Below, piece by piece: positions 1 to 12,044 of a stretch of 64,000 bases of DNA (position 1 is the first letter of the stretch; each line of letters starts with the position of its first letter). The position numbers and the translations under genes are program-made. The notes under the pieces were generated by a model. The model worked only from the letters and a program-made list of their open reading frames with translations, was not told the origin of the DNA and searched no databases. Source of the DNA: Octopus vulgaris (taxonomy: Eukaryota); NCBI GenBank assembly GCA_951406725.2, contig OX597829.1, positions 33,046,001-33,110,000 of the forward strand, written 5' to 3'.

Positions 1-313
1 ATTTTTTTTTTTTTTTTTTTTTTTGCATATTCGGAATTTCCGTCATCGAAAACATAGGAATACGGTGAAAAAAAAATCGGAAAGGTCAGTTTAGGGGACA
101 GAGTGACTATCCTCTAGTTCCACTGGAATAACACTTACAAAATTATGTGGCTACCTTATTGTAGCCTGCTCAATGGGAGGAACGCTTCATGCTTATAATG
201 GCATGTTCGGTGCTTATAGTAAAACACAATCTAATTGCGAGCACTACACATCTGTTAATGGGTGCTACATCATTATTACTAAAATGTATGCACATGATAT
301 GCTGCAAGCCTGC

Positions 314-938
314 ATATATCGGAAAGACTTCCACCCGTCCCCACCTCCCATTTTCTCCCAAATTTATTTATTTATTTTTGTAATTTTTTTTTTTTTTTGC
401 CTAAGATCCCCGTTTTCGGATACGGAGGTTCCGGAAAATTGCCAAAAATCGGCATTGTGAAATCCCCCCTTCCCCTTTCTTCAATTTTGACTTTTTCCCC
501 AACACCCTAAAACCATAACCCTAATCCTAACACTAACCTTAAAACCCTAATCCTAACCCTAAAACCCTAACCCTAAAACCGTAACCGTAAGTACAGAAAT
601 GTTTGGAAATTTTTGTCCGAATCATGATGTCCGTATTTTTCCGCATATTTAGAAAACAAAAATTCTTTAAAAAAAATTTACAAGCATTTTTGGAAATTTT
701 TTTCAGAATCATAATCTCCGTGTTTTCCCGCATATTTTGAAGGAAAAAAATTGTGAAAAAAAGTTTAAAATGAAGGAAATGGGGGTGGGGATGATAATTT
801 AGAAATGTCGATTTTTGCCAATTTTTTTGCAGATTCGTATTCCCCGTAGCCGAAAGGGAAGGTTTATGTATAAAAAAAAAATTTTAAGGGTGGTTTGGGG
901 GGGGGGAGTGAGGACGGGCGGAAGTCTTGTCCATATAT
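314..938. mobile_element. Foldback/MITE-like element with ~160-bp imperfect terminal inverted repeats and an internal (CCCTAA)-like tract
   Basis: GGAAAGACTTCCACCCGTCCCCACCTCCC (321-349) vs GGGAGTGAGGACGGGCGGAAGTCTTGTCC (~904-932). AAAATTGCCAAAAATCGGCATT vs AATGTCGATTTTTGCCAATTTT. Degenerate CCCTAA repeats at 504-580. Confidence 0.6.
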
Positions 939-951
939 CTTCAAGCACAAT

Positions 952-1290
952 TGTGTCATACATTCGTTGTTTACATGGTGAGAAACGTGTTTCACAGACA
1001 GCACTATTGGCGAACACTGGCAAACGCCACTGTCTGAATTCGTACAAAGGCATGTCTTTGATTAGCCTAAAAACATTCAATTAATCGCTATATCAGTGGT
1101 TTCCGTGCGACCTCTGTACTTTCTTCATCTCCAAATACAATAAACATGTGTCATACGCCCATCTGTTTTTGTGGTGAGAAACGTGTTTCACTAACAGCAC
1201 TATCGGCGAACAGCAGCAAACACCACTGCACGAATTCGTAGAGGCATGACTTCGGTAAACCTAAGTTAATGGCTAGATCAGTGGATCCCA
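952..1290 (+). repeat. Diverged ~195-bp direct duplication
   Basis: TGGTGAGAAACGTGTTTCAC..ACAGCACTAT.GGCGAACA..CAAAC.CCACTG..GAATTCGTA..GGCATG occurs at ~976-1054 and again at ~1172-1248. Confidence 0.65.
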
Positions 1291-1404
1291 AACGTTCTTT
1301 TTTTTTTTATCACGGAATCCTTCGACATTATTTTTAAAAACGTGGAGCCACTGATAACTTTTTGGGAATCCAAGGGTTTTGCAGAACACACTTTGGGAAT
1401 CCCT
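1279..1404. mobile_element. Short hAT/Charlie-like MITE
   Basis: CAGTGGATCCCAAA ... TTTGGGAATCCCTG imperfect TIRs of the CAG-start type. No clean TSD. Confidence 0.4.
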
Positions 1405-1874
1405 GCCCCAGATTAACAGCTTTGCACCATATTATGGACATTTACTGGTAACTGCACATGACATCCTGCAACTTTTTTTTTAAGAGGAAGTGTAAATATT
1501 TATAAGAGCTACGTGGTCTTGTTTATAGGTTTTGTTATTTACTAGGATGTTTGTTTTGATGCATAGAATTGGTAATATTACTATAATTCATTGTGTTTTT
1601 GTTTTTATTCGCTTTGAGATCAGTTGGGTTTCTGCTGCTGATACGGTACTTTGGATTCTAGCTTGAATTTCAGCCCCTCAAAAGTAGCATCTATGTAGTA
1701 GTCGACTCCATAAATTTGACCTTAAAAAGTGGTCTCAAAAATTCGACTTTTACACGAGTATATACGGTGGGCTGGCAATACTAAACAATGTTTTAACGTT
1801 TTACTATTTTAGATGTAGTACGTTTATATATTTGTTATGCAAGATTTTTTATGTGAAGTCGTGTGTTGAAACAG

Positions 1875-2069
1875 ATATTATTATATTTCGGAATGGTCAT
1901 TTTGCCAGTTTAGCCAATAACAGGAGTGTGACGAAAGAACTCTGGCCGAAATAAGATTAAGATTAATGTAAAAAATAAATAACACTGAAGCAAAGTAACA
2001 CCAAATATATAGTGCGTGTGTTTTTATTGGCTAAACTGGCAAAATGACCATTCCGAAATATAATAATAT
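1875..2069. repeat. Perfect 46-bp inverted repeat (1875-1920 / 2024-2069), Penelope-like inverted terminus
   Basis: ATATTATTATATTTCGGAATGGTCATTTTGCCAGTTTAGCCAATAA and its exact reverse complement, separated by a 103-bp spacer. Confidence 0.75.
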
Positions 2070-2110
2070 TTTAGATTTGTTTTTAGTGTAATTGAAAGTG
2101 AAATATTCAT

Positions 2111-2179
<69 letters not shown>

Positions 2180-2423
2180 CCTTGACGCACGAGGGAAAAA
2201 TTTATATTGACCAAAAATAAATCGTAAACGTTATCTTCCCTAATGTTGCATATGTGAATTCAATAACTAAATTGGATGAATTCTCTGTTTTTTTGTTCTT
2301 TTTTTTCCCCTTATTTCTCCATATAAACAGTTTGAAGGTCATCTTGATGTGAAAACAGCGCGTGATAGACGAACAGACAGACGGACAAGCAGAGAAACAT
2401 GTCTCTTATTACGATATAGTTTA

Positions 2424-5400
2424 TGTAGGAGGACTGCATGCACATACAAGGGAGTACCCAAAAGTTACCGGAACGTTTTGCTTCCCGTCGTAGCCGCCAG
2501 AGGTCACTACATAACTCCCCACTCAGACGAGCAGTCGATAATCGTTGTAGTGTAAGGGCAGATACGAAGCAAAACGAGATAGCAGAAACATGTGCTTGCA
2601 AAACAAGTAGTAAAACAGAAAAATCAATACATGCATCATGATAGATACTGAATAAAATTGCAAAGTTTGGCGCGGTAACGTTTAGCTACACAGCTATGCA
2701 CATCAAACTAAATGTAAAACATGACAACATGAAAATACAATGTGAAAACATGCATAGGAACAATGTTTGTGAATAACGTTCTTTGTAAAAGAAATAACAA
2801 ACAGTTTATGTTGTAATACAAAGTTAAATGTACATAGTTCCGGATAATGTTTGTGGCCAATGTACTGTTCTGCCACTTCTTGTAATGTAAGGTTTAAAGG
2901 TATGTTGTGTTTGCAGTAAATATGGTGGTGTTGGTGTAGGAGTGAATGTACGTGGTATGTCAGGTTCTGGAATGATATTTTCTGAGTAAGCTCATTTTAT
3001 CCTGCTGATGAATATTGTTTCTTTTCGACCATTAACATTGACTATGAAGTTGTTTTTTTTTTGGGGGGGGGGGGCGACAGTACACGATAAGATACAGAAT
3101 ATGATGTAAGAGGTCCTTTAACGGAATCGTCCCGAATAAAAACATGTGTCCACTCAGAGATGTCTGATAGGACAGCAGCAGAAATGGAGACATTGGTGGA
3201 ACATTGGAGAAATAAGAACGAAGTCTGTTAACGTATGATGACATATCAGAATCTGATGAATCAACTGGTGTGAACATTTGACTGGGAAGTGTCATGGTCG
3301 TGCCGTAAAGCAGTTTGGCTGAGAAGAAACCTAAATCTGTCTTAACAGCGGAACGGCAACCAAGAAGAACAATTGGTAGGAATTCGGTCCAACGTTGCGG
3401 GACAGGAGTAGCGCGTAGTGCAGCTTTTAACTGTCTGCGGAATCGTTCTATCATTCCATTGGAAGCTGGGTGCTAACTTGTCGTATGAATCCGATGAGCA
3501 CCCAAGAGTCATGATAATTCACGGAATAACGAAGCTTCGAACTGGCGTCCTCTATCAGTGGTTATTTTGGATGGAACACCAAAGTGTGCCATCCAATTGG
3601 AAATGAACGCTGTACTGTTATGTCAATCAGGGGTATGGCTTCAGGCCATCGACAGAAACGATCGATGCAAGTTAGGATTACGTGAATCCGCGACTAACGG
3701 GCCAGGGTCCAACAATGTCGATGTGGACATGACGGAAACGAGCGTCCGGTGGGCTGAATTTTCCGAGAGGAGCACGAACATGTCGATGGACCTTGGTGCG
3801 TTGACACTGTAAACAAGAACGTGTCCAACTGGTGATTATACGGCGCATGTTAGGCCAGAAGAAACGGGCTGTAATGAGCTATGCCGGGATGCGATAAGGA
3901 ATGAAGAGCATCGAAAACGGTACGCTGATGACGATGTGGAACAAGCGATCTAGGTGAGCCGGTAGAGATGTTGCAAAGGATTCGTCCTTCAGACTTGGAC
4001 TGAAGAGCGAATGTAAGAGGTTTATGATCCGTGAATACACTGAACACCCGACCTTCTAGGAGATGGCGGAAGTGTCTCACAGCAAGATAAACTGCTAAAA
4101 GCTTCCTGTCAAAGGTACTGTAACGCTGTTCTGCTGGCTTGAATTGATGTGAGAAAAAAGCAAGTGGTTGAGTGTGCTGGTTGATTATATGTTCTAGAAC
4201 AGCGCCGACAGCGATCGTGGACACGTCTACATTAGGAATAGTTTCGCGTTTGCTGTAGGATGCGCGTGAAAGGAAACTTTAGCTAATTCAGACTTTACGG
4301 AGTCGAAAGCTTCCAAGGTGTCAAACGAAAGGGAAATAGACGCGTCTTTCTTCTTTGTTGATTTCAAAAGTTGTGTTAGGGGAAACAACTTGTCTGCACA
4401 GTTCAGAATAAAAATCTTGTAGAAGTTTATTAGCCCCCAAAAATGACGTAGTTGTCTCAATGGGTGCGATCTTCTGAATAGCATCCACTTTAGATGTAAT
4501 GGGTCGAAGTCCCTCTGCGTCTGTAAGATGTCCAAAAAATTCCAATGAAGTTGTACCGATAGATGTTGATGATGATGTTCAACTGTGTCGCTTGCTACTA
4601 GGAGGTCATCTACATAAGCAAAAACAAAACTCAATTCGTGCACAATTTCGTCGATGAAGCGCTGGAATGTACTGGCAGCATTTCTCAGACCAAAAGGCAT
4701 AGATAGGAATTCGAAGGAACCAAATGGAGTGGTTACAGCAGTTTTTGCTATATCTTCCAAGTTCATCGGGATTTGGCGGTACGCACGTACCAGATCCCCT
4801 TTAGAAAATATAGTGCAACCATGGAGTACATAAGAAAAGTCCCTTAAGTTTGGTAGAGGATAGCGATCGGGCGTGGTGATAGCATTAAGTCTCCTGTAAT
4901 CACCAACGGGTCTGAAATCCGCTTCCGGAAGGGTGAAATCCGCTTCATCCTTCCGAGCTAAGTCTGGCGGAGATGCCCAAGGACTAGTAGAAGGACATAT
5001 ATGACCAAGCTGGAGCATGCGCTCGAATTCAGCACGGGCTTTCTTGAGTCTGTCTGGCGCTAGTCTGCGTGGACGAGAGAAAACGGGTGGGCCAGTTGTT
5101 ATAATGAAATGTTGAGTCGAGTGGATTGTCTGGGTAGGTTTAAAGGAGAGATCCGTTAACTCAGGAAACGAGTAAGCAACGTATGGAACTGGTTATTGGC
5201 AGCAGCTGCAAAAAATGATGGGCTAAGGATAGCAGCGGTAGATCCACTTGCAGGCGTAGATAAAGCTGTGGTAGTATCCACAAGTCTCTGTTTCCTGACA
5301 TCTACCAGGAGTGAATAGTGGTGTAAGAAATCCTCCCCGCGGATAGGCTGCGGCAGGGCAGCGATGACAAAAATCCATTTAAAATCTCGGCGCAAGGCAA

Positions 5401-6185
5401 GGTCTAGAGTTTAAAGAAACCTGACCGTAGGTTTTGACGGGAGACTGGTTCCCCGCATATAAGGAAATATTGGATAACTGTGGCTTGTTAGAGTTGAACC
5501 GTAATGGCAAAATACTGCAACTTGATCCTGTATCGACCATGAACAACCTGTTTGAGACTAGGTCCCTAATAAAGAAAGCACGATTAGTTGAAAAGTTGTG
5601 AGAGAGGTCTGACGTGCCCAGGCTCTCTAGGTTTAGTTTTCCGATACTTTAAAAGCACAAGACTTGTTACAACGACGTGCCTTGAAGAATTGTCGGTTGA
5701 AAAAGTGTTACGTCGTTTAGAAAAAGAAGAGCGGCTTCGCGAACACCGACTAACACGACAGAATTGAGCTATTTGGCACGTTAAACCGTCGATAGCCTTC
5801 AACGTGGCGTCTTCGTTTTTATCATTAGGCTGCTGTCAAGAAGACGATGAAGCAATAACCGAATCAACCGCGGTGGGTCTGTGAGAAAATGTCATTATTC
5901 TATCTGCGGACGAAGCTTATTTGATCTATGGTGTTGGCGTCAACCATGTTCGCTAATATCGTTTGTAAATTAGTTGGTAAGCGAGAAAAAAATAATTTAA
6001 AAAAAACTCTCCGCCGGTGTATCGTCACTAACTTCTCTAATCCGCCTAAGAAATTCTGAAGGAGTTCTTTCACCCAGATTCTCATCCTGTAACAACGCAC
6101 GGAAACGGCTTTCTGTTGATATGGAATTTCTGCGTAGTATTTCGGTTCTCAAAGCATCGTAGGTCATGCCTTGTGGAAGATTTGT
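2424..6185 (-). mobile_element. Decayed Ty3/Gypsy LTR retrotransposon (gag-PR-RT-RH-IN), 5' truncated
   Basis: On the minus strand: gag-like ~5600-6180; protease FMVDTGSSCS ~5510-5545; RT ([18 protein letters not shown]) in ORF 4227..5018; RNase H (RYSTFD..LLAVY, TDHKPL) in 3850..4224; integrase (IERFRRQLKAAL) in 3032..3454. PPT GAGTGGGGAG precedes a short TGTAG...CTACA LTR remnant at 2424-2511. Many frameshifts. Confidence 0.92.
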
Positions 6186-6289
6186 CCTTCATTAGCAAAG
6201 AACTGACACTGAGAGAATGATGTGACGTTGATGTGACAGATTTTCATGAAACCCAAGTCTGAGATTGCACTACTGTAGACACATTTTTA

Positions 6290-7651
6290 ACAGAACATGC
6301 CCTGACTACAAAGCTTATCTTTGGGGTACTGAGAAAACTACCCTCTGTTGTAGCAAAAGAAAAATTTCCACAGATAAAAAAAAAGTTCCCGAAATTAATA
6401 GCTAAGTACTATGATGTTAATCTGTGCGGTCAAATGTTTCTGAAAAAAACTCGTGGCTACAATAATTTACTGGCTATGGCTTCACTTGGACTGGGTAATC
6501 CACCAGTTGGAGCCGCGGGTGATAGCACTTTCGCGCCTCCTTTCAAGATTCAAGGAAAGTGTACCACCGCATAGGAAGTCTCCTACCAGCAGTAAATAGG
6601 AAGCCAGTCTATGCACAGCTATATTTCATTGACTCTGTAAATGAGATGAGAAGCAGGTTGTCACTCAGAGGAACTGACAATGACCTTAATGAGAACGTCT
6701 TGCTAGACCTGCAGAGAGCACTGCATATACACAATCCATATGTCAAAAGTTTTAAATAGGCTATTGATGTAATTAAGGAAAACTCTGCACCAGGAAAATG
6801 TTCTACTGGTGATGTTATTATAAGTCATGACAAACAGCTTATTCCTGCTGGGTCACATGAGAGAACCTATAATCCACCGACTGCATCAGAAGTTGCTGTG
6901 ATCATGGTGGGAGATGATACCAATAATCCAAACATTAAACCTGTGGATGTTGTTGTGCAATACAGAGAGAGCAATGGCAGTTAGACTACATTAGTCAGAT
7001 CCACAGAAGCTATGACCCTCTTCCTTATGTACTTCTGTTTCACTATGGAGATGGCTGGAATGTGCTCTTGAAAGACAATGACCGAAGCAAAAGTATCACT
7101 GAATGTGACTTTTATTTTTATTGGCTTCAAGTAAGAAAGGATGAGTTCAATGACATAAGGAAAAGTAGATGTCTGATGCAACAGTATGCAAAGATAGAGC
7201 AAGATCGATTACACATCCAGAGAACTTAAGGTCAAAAAGTACCAGGGCCTTCTGGATGCTATTGCAAACGGTCTCATGAATGACGAAGAGTCTAAAATCA
7301 TTCTTCTGCCATCACATACTGGTTCTCCTCGGTCTTACAAGGAGTGTTACCAAGCTGGAATGGCTCTGGTAAGAGAGTTTGGAAAGCCAGACTACTTCAT
7401 CACTATGACGACCAACCCAATGTGGACTGAGATAACGGAAGCTCTGTTGACTTCCGGAAACAATTAGCATATATTGGCTTTGGTTCTGGGAACAATGTGA
7501 ATATATTGGCTTTGGACTTAGGGTATAAGGGTATGAAAGGAATCTACACTGACAACGTCGTCTAGAAGGAAATTCTTTAAGAAAAGTTTCACTTTTTACT
7601 TAGAAACGTACTAGCTGAATCGACCGCATAGAGGACGGTGATTCAGCTAGT
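6290..7651 (+). mobile_element. Helitron remnant: decayed Rep N-terminal region plus palindromic CTAG 3' end
   Basis: Translations YNNLLAMASLG, FKIQGKVYHRIGSLLP..KPVYAQLYFID, NPYVKSFK, YNPPTASEVAVI, SYDPLPYVLLF, GSPRSYKECYQAGMALVREFGKPDYFITMTTNPMWTEI are typical Helitron Rep motifs. Terminal hairpin ends CTAG|T at 7647-7651. Confidence 0.88.
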
Positions 7652-8404
7652 GATTATAATTTTCGATATAGAACAGTAAAACACAGTGTTGAGTTTATTA
7701 ACTTGAAAGATGCTGCCCACACTCAACAAATGCAAAACAGCACATGTGCCTGTGTAAAACGAGGGAATAAACAACGTGTAGTGGTTATGTGTGTGTATCA
7801 GGTGAATACATGCAAAAGGAATGTGTATGACTTTGAAGTAAACAAATGAGTGAATCGATTCATAGTTAAAAATAATTTATTCACTGGACTTGTCGTTGGT
7901 ACACATAATTCTTCACTATACGCAAAATGTTGACAACAGCTACGAGTTGCTAGAAATAGAAACAGGGTACATATGTGGAAGTGATGTATCAGAAATGAAT
8001 GTTTGTGTATGTGTGTGTGTGTGTGTGCGCGTGTAGTTCATCTGAGATCAGTAGTCAACCGTGGAACTTCGAACATTTCTCTCGGGTCTCTGCAGTCACT
8101 CAAAGCCTGTCGTGTCGTAGACCTTTCTTTTCCGTCTGTCTGCTGACCACCGTATTTATGATAATCGTGGCAGCTAGAAATACAGACATACTACAGCAGA
8201 GTTTGTACCTAAATAGGTCAGCTCCTGTCCATTTGAACTTCGCCTGACATGGCTGAGGTCGTAGGTCAAAGGGAGATGATCAATCACTTTTGACAAGACA
8301 ATGAAAACTTTTTTCGCGCCTGTTGATCGTGGTAGTTTGGACGACCAAGAATTCTTAGATTCGGTTTCGAATCTAGGCTTGGAGAAGGAAATGTTAATTT
8401 TTAC

Positions 8405-8522
8405 AAACGCTATGAGACTCACCGTTGTATAGCTGATTTGCATCTCTGTGAGTTTATGTGGCGCAGGAGATGCGAAAATTACAATTTGTTTGAGAAACTC
8501 CAAGAGTATATCCAAACTTTCA
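8405..8522 (+). mobile_element. Merlin (ISXO2/IS1595-like) transposase C-terminal fragment
   Basis: Frame reads KRYETHRCIADLHLCEFMWRRRCENYNLFEKLQEYIQTF, resembling the Merlin C-terminal 'D.YL.EFMWRR....F...L..I' signature. Recognised from memory, not searched. Confidence 0.5.
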
Positions 8523-8828
8523 TTTTGGAATTTTCGCTATAAAAATGTATTAATTGTTCACGAAGCTATAACTTCAATAGTATATGTAATGTTTTGCTTT
8601 CATTTTATTTGATAAAAAATTGTCAGTATGAAAAATTACATCAACATACCAAATTTGAAAGTGATCACGTAATTATAAAATTTCGAAAACTGTGACAGCA
8701 ACACGACAGATCCAAAGTAAGTTTACAGACTTAATCTATCACGTTTTAACTTGACACATTAGATGCCTTGGTTAATGTTTACTTTAACACCCGACCACCA
8801 AAACAGACAAAAAAAAGTGTAATAGATG

Positions 8829-9865
8829 TGTAGGGTTAAACGACCGTACGTAATGAGTTGGCGACAAAATATCTCCTTTTCAACGCCGCACGGTCGTGCC
8901 TAACAAAATAAGAAGCCAAATACATGATATAAAATACAGTGCCAAAGGGAATGAATGAAGGATGACAAGCCATTCTACTGTTTGAGAGAGAAGAAGACTT
9001 TATTTACAATATGTACAAAGTGAAAGTGTAGTGAGTGCTAGTGAAGTGTTGCGTATAATGCGTGTGCATAGTATTTGTGTCTGTGTGTTCGTGTGTACGA
9101 CAAGATACAAATAAGGTGAATGTGTATAACAGGAATACAGAATACAGAGCATAAGATAAGTTCTTAGCATATTGAGTCAAGATGGAATTTGTTTACCAGT
9201 CCATGAGGTACACAATAGTAAGTTCTATAACAAGATGTTGTGGGTCACGTGGCAGAGCCGGTTACTACATGTGTAGAAGTTGGGGCTATCATGCCGTGCC
9301 GTGTCTCTTGATATAGTAGTTCTTTCAGATCGACTGCAACTGTTTTACCAGGGTGAATATTCACAAACAGCGTGAGTTAAGACCTGAGCGCTCATGATGT
9401 GTACGTGTTGAAGTTGACGATGGTGGAGACGACGTAAAGTTGAAGTACGACGATGGTGATGACGGCGGTCGCTGGTGTATAATAGTGTCTTCGTAGCTAG
9501 AGCAGTAGCATGGCTGGCAGGCTGGTCGTCTGTCGCTGGAACTGGGACAAGGCTGAGTAGCTCTGTAGCCAGTGACTAGACCTTAGAAGGTCTAAAGTCG
9601 AAAGACGGAGAATAGTGAAAATGCTAGCTTAGTTAAGGGGTTAAAATGCCTCAAAGAAGGGCATCTGAAGCAGGCCCTATCCGAAGGCAGTGATTGGTTG
9701 GCCCAACACACTGGCGTGAAATAAGTAGAGAGATAAACCGCGCCAAATGCCAACCAATCAGAGCAGTGGACACAACAGGGTCAAACTAGCCAAAGATGGT
9801 TGTAATCTCAAACGAGATCATTTTTATTGTGTCTCTCAAAGAGTGAGGATATCAATATCGCTACA
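8829..9865 (-). mobile_element. Solo LTR (1037 bp)
   Basis: Begins TGTAGGG and ends CGCTACA (TG...CA, short inverted ends). Flanked by 4-bp TSD GATG (8825-8828 / 9866-9869). AATAAA on the minus strand near 9000. Confidence 0.82.
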
Positions 9866-10786
9866 GATGTAATTTGCGCCAACGAACCGATTATAAAGAA
9901 ACTTATGGAGAAAATTTGTTCCGGAGGGGGGAGGACTTCCGAAGGGTCGAGGAGTTTCTTCTCACCCCCATTAGGCTTGTTAATTTACTTATTGGTGACC
10001 GACAGAACTTGTAGTAATTAACTGAAAATATTAAACAAACAAGGAAGGTATCAGATGGTCGTGAGATGTGCTAAAACTAACAGCTAAATCACCCTTAACT
10101 TTTCCATAATGAAACCATATTCAACACCGTATTTATGAATTTGTTTCCCTCACCATGACACTTGGGATCTTTTTTAAAACCTTTTTCTATTACTCAAACG
10201 AAAAATAAATGAATCTAAAAATTCTATTTTCAAATTTTTTTCCATTACACTCAAACAAAATAATTCATGAATTTCACTCTCTTCGAAAGTCCTCTCCCCA
10301 CCTCCTCAGAAAAAAATTTCCCCACAAATTTCTTTATAATCGGTTCGTTGGCGCAAATTTTTGTTCTTTATTCGTTTAATGCACGTTTTTTTACACCTAT
10401 GACACTTTTCTTTTTGTTTTGGTGGCCAGGTGGCGAAATTTTTTTCCCACGTGAGTTCCGGACCCCAGTAATGAACTCATTTACATACAACCAATCAGAG
10501 CACCAGCTTTATCCTTTCTAGTCAACACTGTGCATTCCTTACTCTTTCCTTCTCTACTGGCAGACAGCAATCTTTTTGTCAGTATTAAAACAAATTTCGC
10601 TTTCACTGCAAGTACTACTTGTCGGGCAAACGAATAAATATATGTAAATAACATTACTTCCTTCTTGGTTTTGATCCTTCGATGTTCACAGGTTACTCCG
10701 ACGCTGGTACAATAATACATTTTGCCCAAACAGAATTGCTGGAATTCTTTTTTTTTTTTTTTTCCAGAAATATGTTTTTAAAAATT

Positions 10787-10982
10787 ACTGAGATGTACTT
10801 GCATAGCAAGAGACCTGATCTGAGATCGTGTGCTGAAACAAAAACAATTGCTACGTGGAAGGTGTTTATAAGCCATTTAAAAACACACGAAAACCGTTAG
10901 CTTCACTTCAACGTTTAAATTTAATTTGTTAAAATATTTTCATTGCTTTGAGACCGCGACCTGTTCACTGATAAAATTCCGT
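10787..10982 (-). mobile_element. Penelope-like short repeat carrying a hammerhead-like motif (same family as ~24020-24147 and 30708-30983)
   Basis: GAGATGTACT.GCATAGCAAG...GATCTGAGATCGTGTGCTG...GGAAGGTGTTT.TAAGCCATTTAA is shared with 30711-30801. Minus strand carries GTGAACA-G-GTCGC...GCAAT-GAAA-ATATT. Confidence 0.6.
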
Positions 10983-11859
10983 ATCATTTTCACCCAGTCA
11001 GGCGATAAGATAAGGTCACTTGGTTAAGGAATGACCATGCTTCTTTTCTCTTTTAATAATGCTTGTTCTTGTTCTTGTTTCGACCATGGCTGCCTCAGCA
11101 TAATTATTTGTGTTGTTGTTTACTTTGTAAAACAGTAAAGGGAGAGGGTTTCTAGCACATCACCCTCTACCCACATTTTTCCCATTCACATCTTTGCCAT
11201 ATCGAGCCCTAACAAAATCCGATAATAGGTATAAATGCAAATCTATCCAATTACTTGTCTCCTTCTAAAATCAGACATAAATTGGCGATCGGTCGACTTA
11301 CAACACCGTTCTTCGTCTTGAGTTTGCTTGGTAGAGTGTGTTTGTTAAGGTCATGGTGAGCTCTGATTGGCTGTATGCGAATGAGTTCATTACTGGGGTC
11401 CGGAATTCTCGTGGGAAAAATATTTCGCGTCCGGGTGTTAAAGTAAACATTAACAGAGTCCACTCTGTTATGAGCATTCAGGCCGAGTATTTAATTTGGA
11501 GATTACCTCCTTCCCACCTTCAGTTTCGGAGACTATGCTGAGTATCATGGACACTCTCTTTTTTGACTAAAAGGTGAAATAATAAGGTGAGACAGACAGG
11601 TACTTATATAAACAAGTAGATGAACAGGAAGAGAGTAACAAAAAAAAAAAAAACAGAGGTTACAGAATGATAAACATAAGGTAGACTACCGAGAAAGAGA
11701 GGGGGAAAACCAAATAGACAGTTAGACTGACAGGTGGAAAGAGAGGGGGGGGAAATCTAAACTGATAGATAGATAATCAGAAATATAAAAAGTCGTAATC
11801 TCGATATTCTCTTACATAATAAACACACTAAGAGAACACAGCCACCACCCACCTCAACA

Positions 11860-11992
11860 GCACTAACAACTAGCAACAACACCAATCATCAGCACGGGAT
11901 CTAAGTGAAAGTTTTTTTTCATTATTTTGCCAGCTCTGGTATCACTAACGTGACGAACGACAGTCTGCCATCAACCGGTAATACAGCACAGC
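11860..11992 (+). promoter_or_regulatory. Probable ETFDH proximal promoter / 5' UTR
   Basis: Non-repetitive, CpG-containing stretch just before the ATG, with a CCAAT box (ACCAATCA, 11881) and a GTGACG CRE-like half-site near 11950. The TSS cannot be located from sequence. Confidence 0.4.
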
Positions 11993-12044
11993 ATGTCGGT
12001 GTGGTTTACTCGTGTTATTCGGAATCCCCTGTTAAGTTATCGCT
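11993..12044 (+). CDS. ETFDH: ETFDH coding exon 1 (predicted mitochondrial targeting peptide MSVWFTRVIRNPLLSYR)
   Basis: ATG at 11993, 17 codons + 1 nt, then GTAAGT donor at 12045. Phase 1 joins exon 2 in frame. Arg-rich and acid-free, like a mitochondrial presequence. No homology support, so less certain than later exons. Confidence 0.72.

Larger units (their letters stand above)
8771..11454. mobile_element. Composite foldback DNA element with perfect 23-bp outer TIRs, hosting the solo LTR and a Penelope-like repeat
   Basis: GTTAATGTTTACTTTAACACCCG (8771-8793) is the exact reverse complement of 11432-11454. Internal inverted arm pairs at ~9871-9950 / 10276-10360 and ~10435-10509 / 11358-11428. 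Confidence 0.7.

Noticed and set aside
504-590. Possible chromosome end (CCCTAA repeats near the window start)
   Set aside because: Short, degenerate and internal to an inverted-repeat element.
4913-4947. Duplicated EADF peptide in the Gypsy RT
   Set aside because: A 13-bp local duplication (TGAAATCCGCTTC) in a dead element; ordinary decay.
1-11800. Divergently transcribed host gene sharing the ETFDH promoter
   Set aside because: No recognisable non-transposon exons on the minus strand; the region is explained by repeats. An unrecognised short or non-coding exon cannot be excluded.
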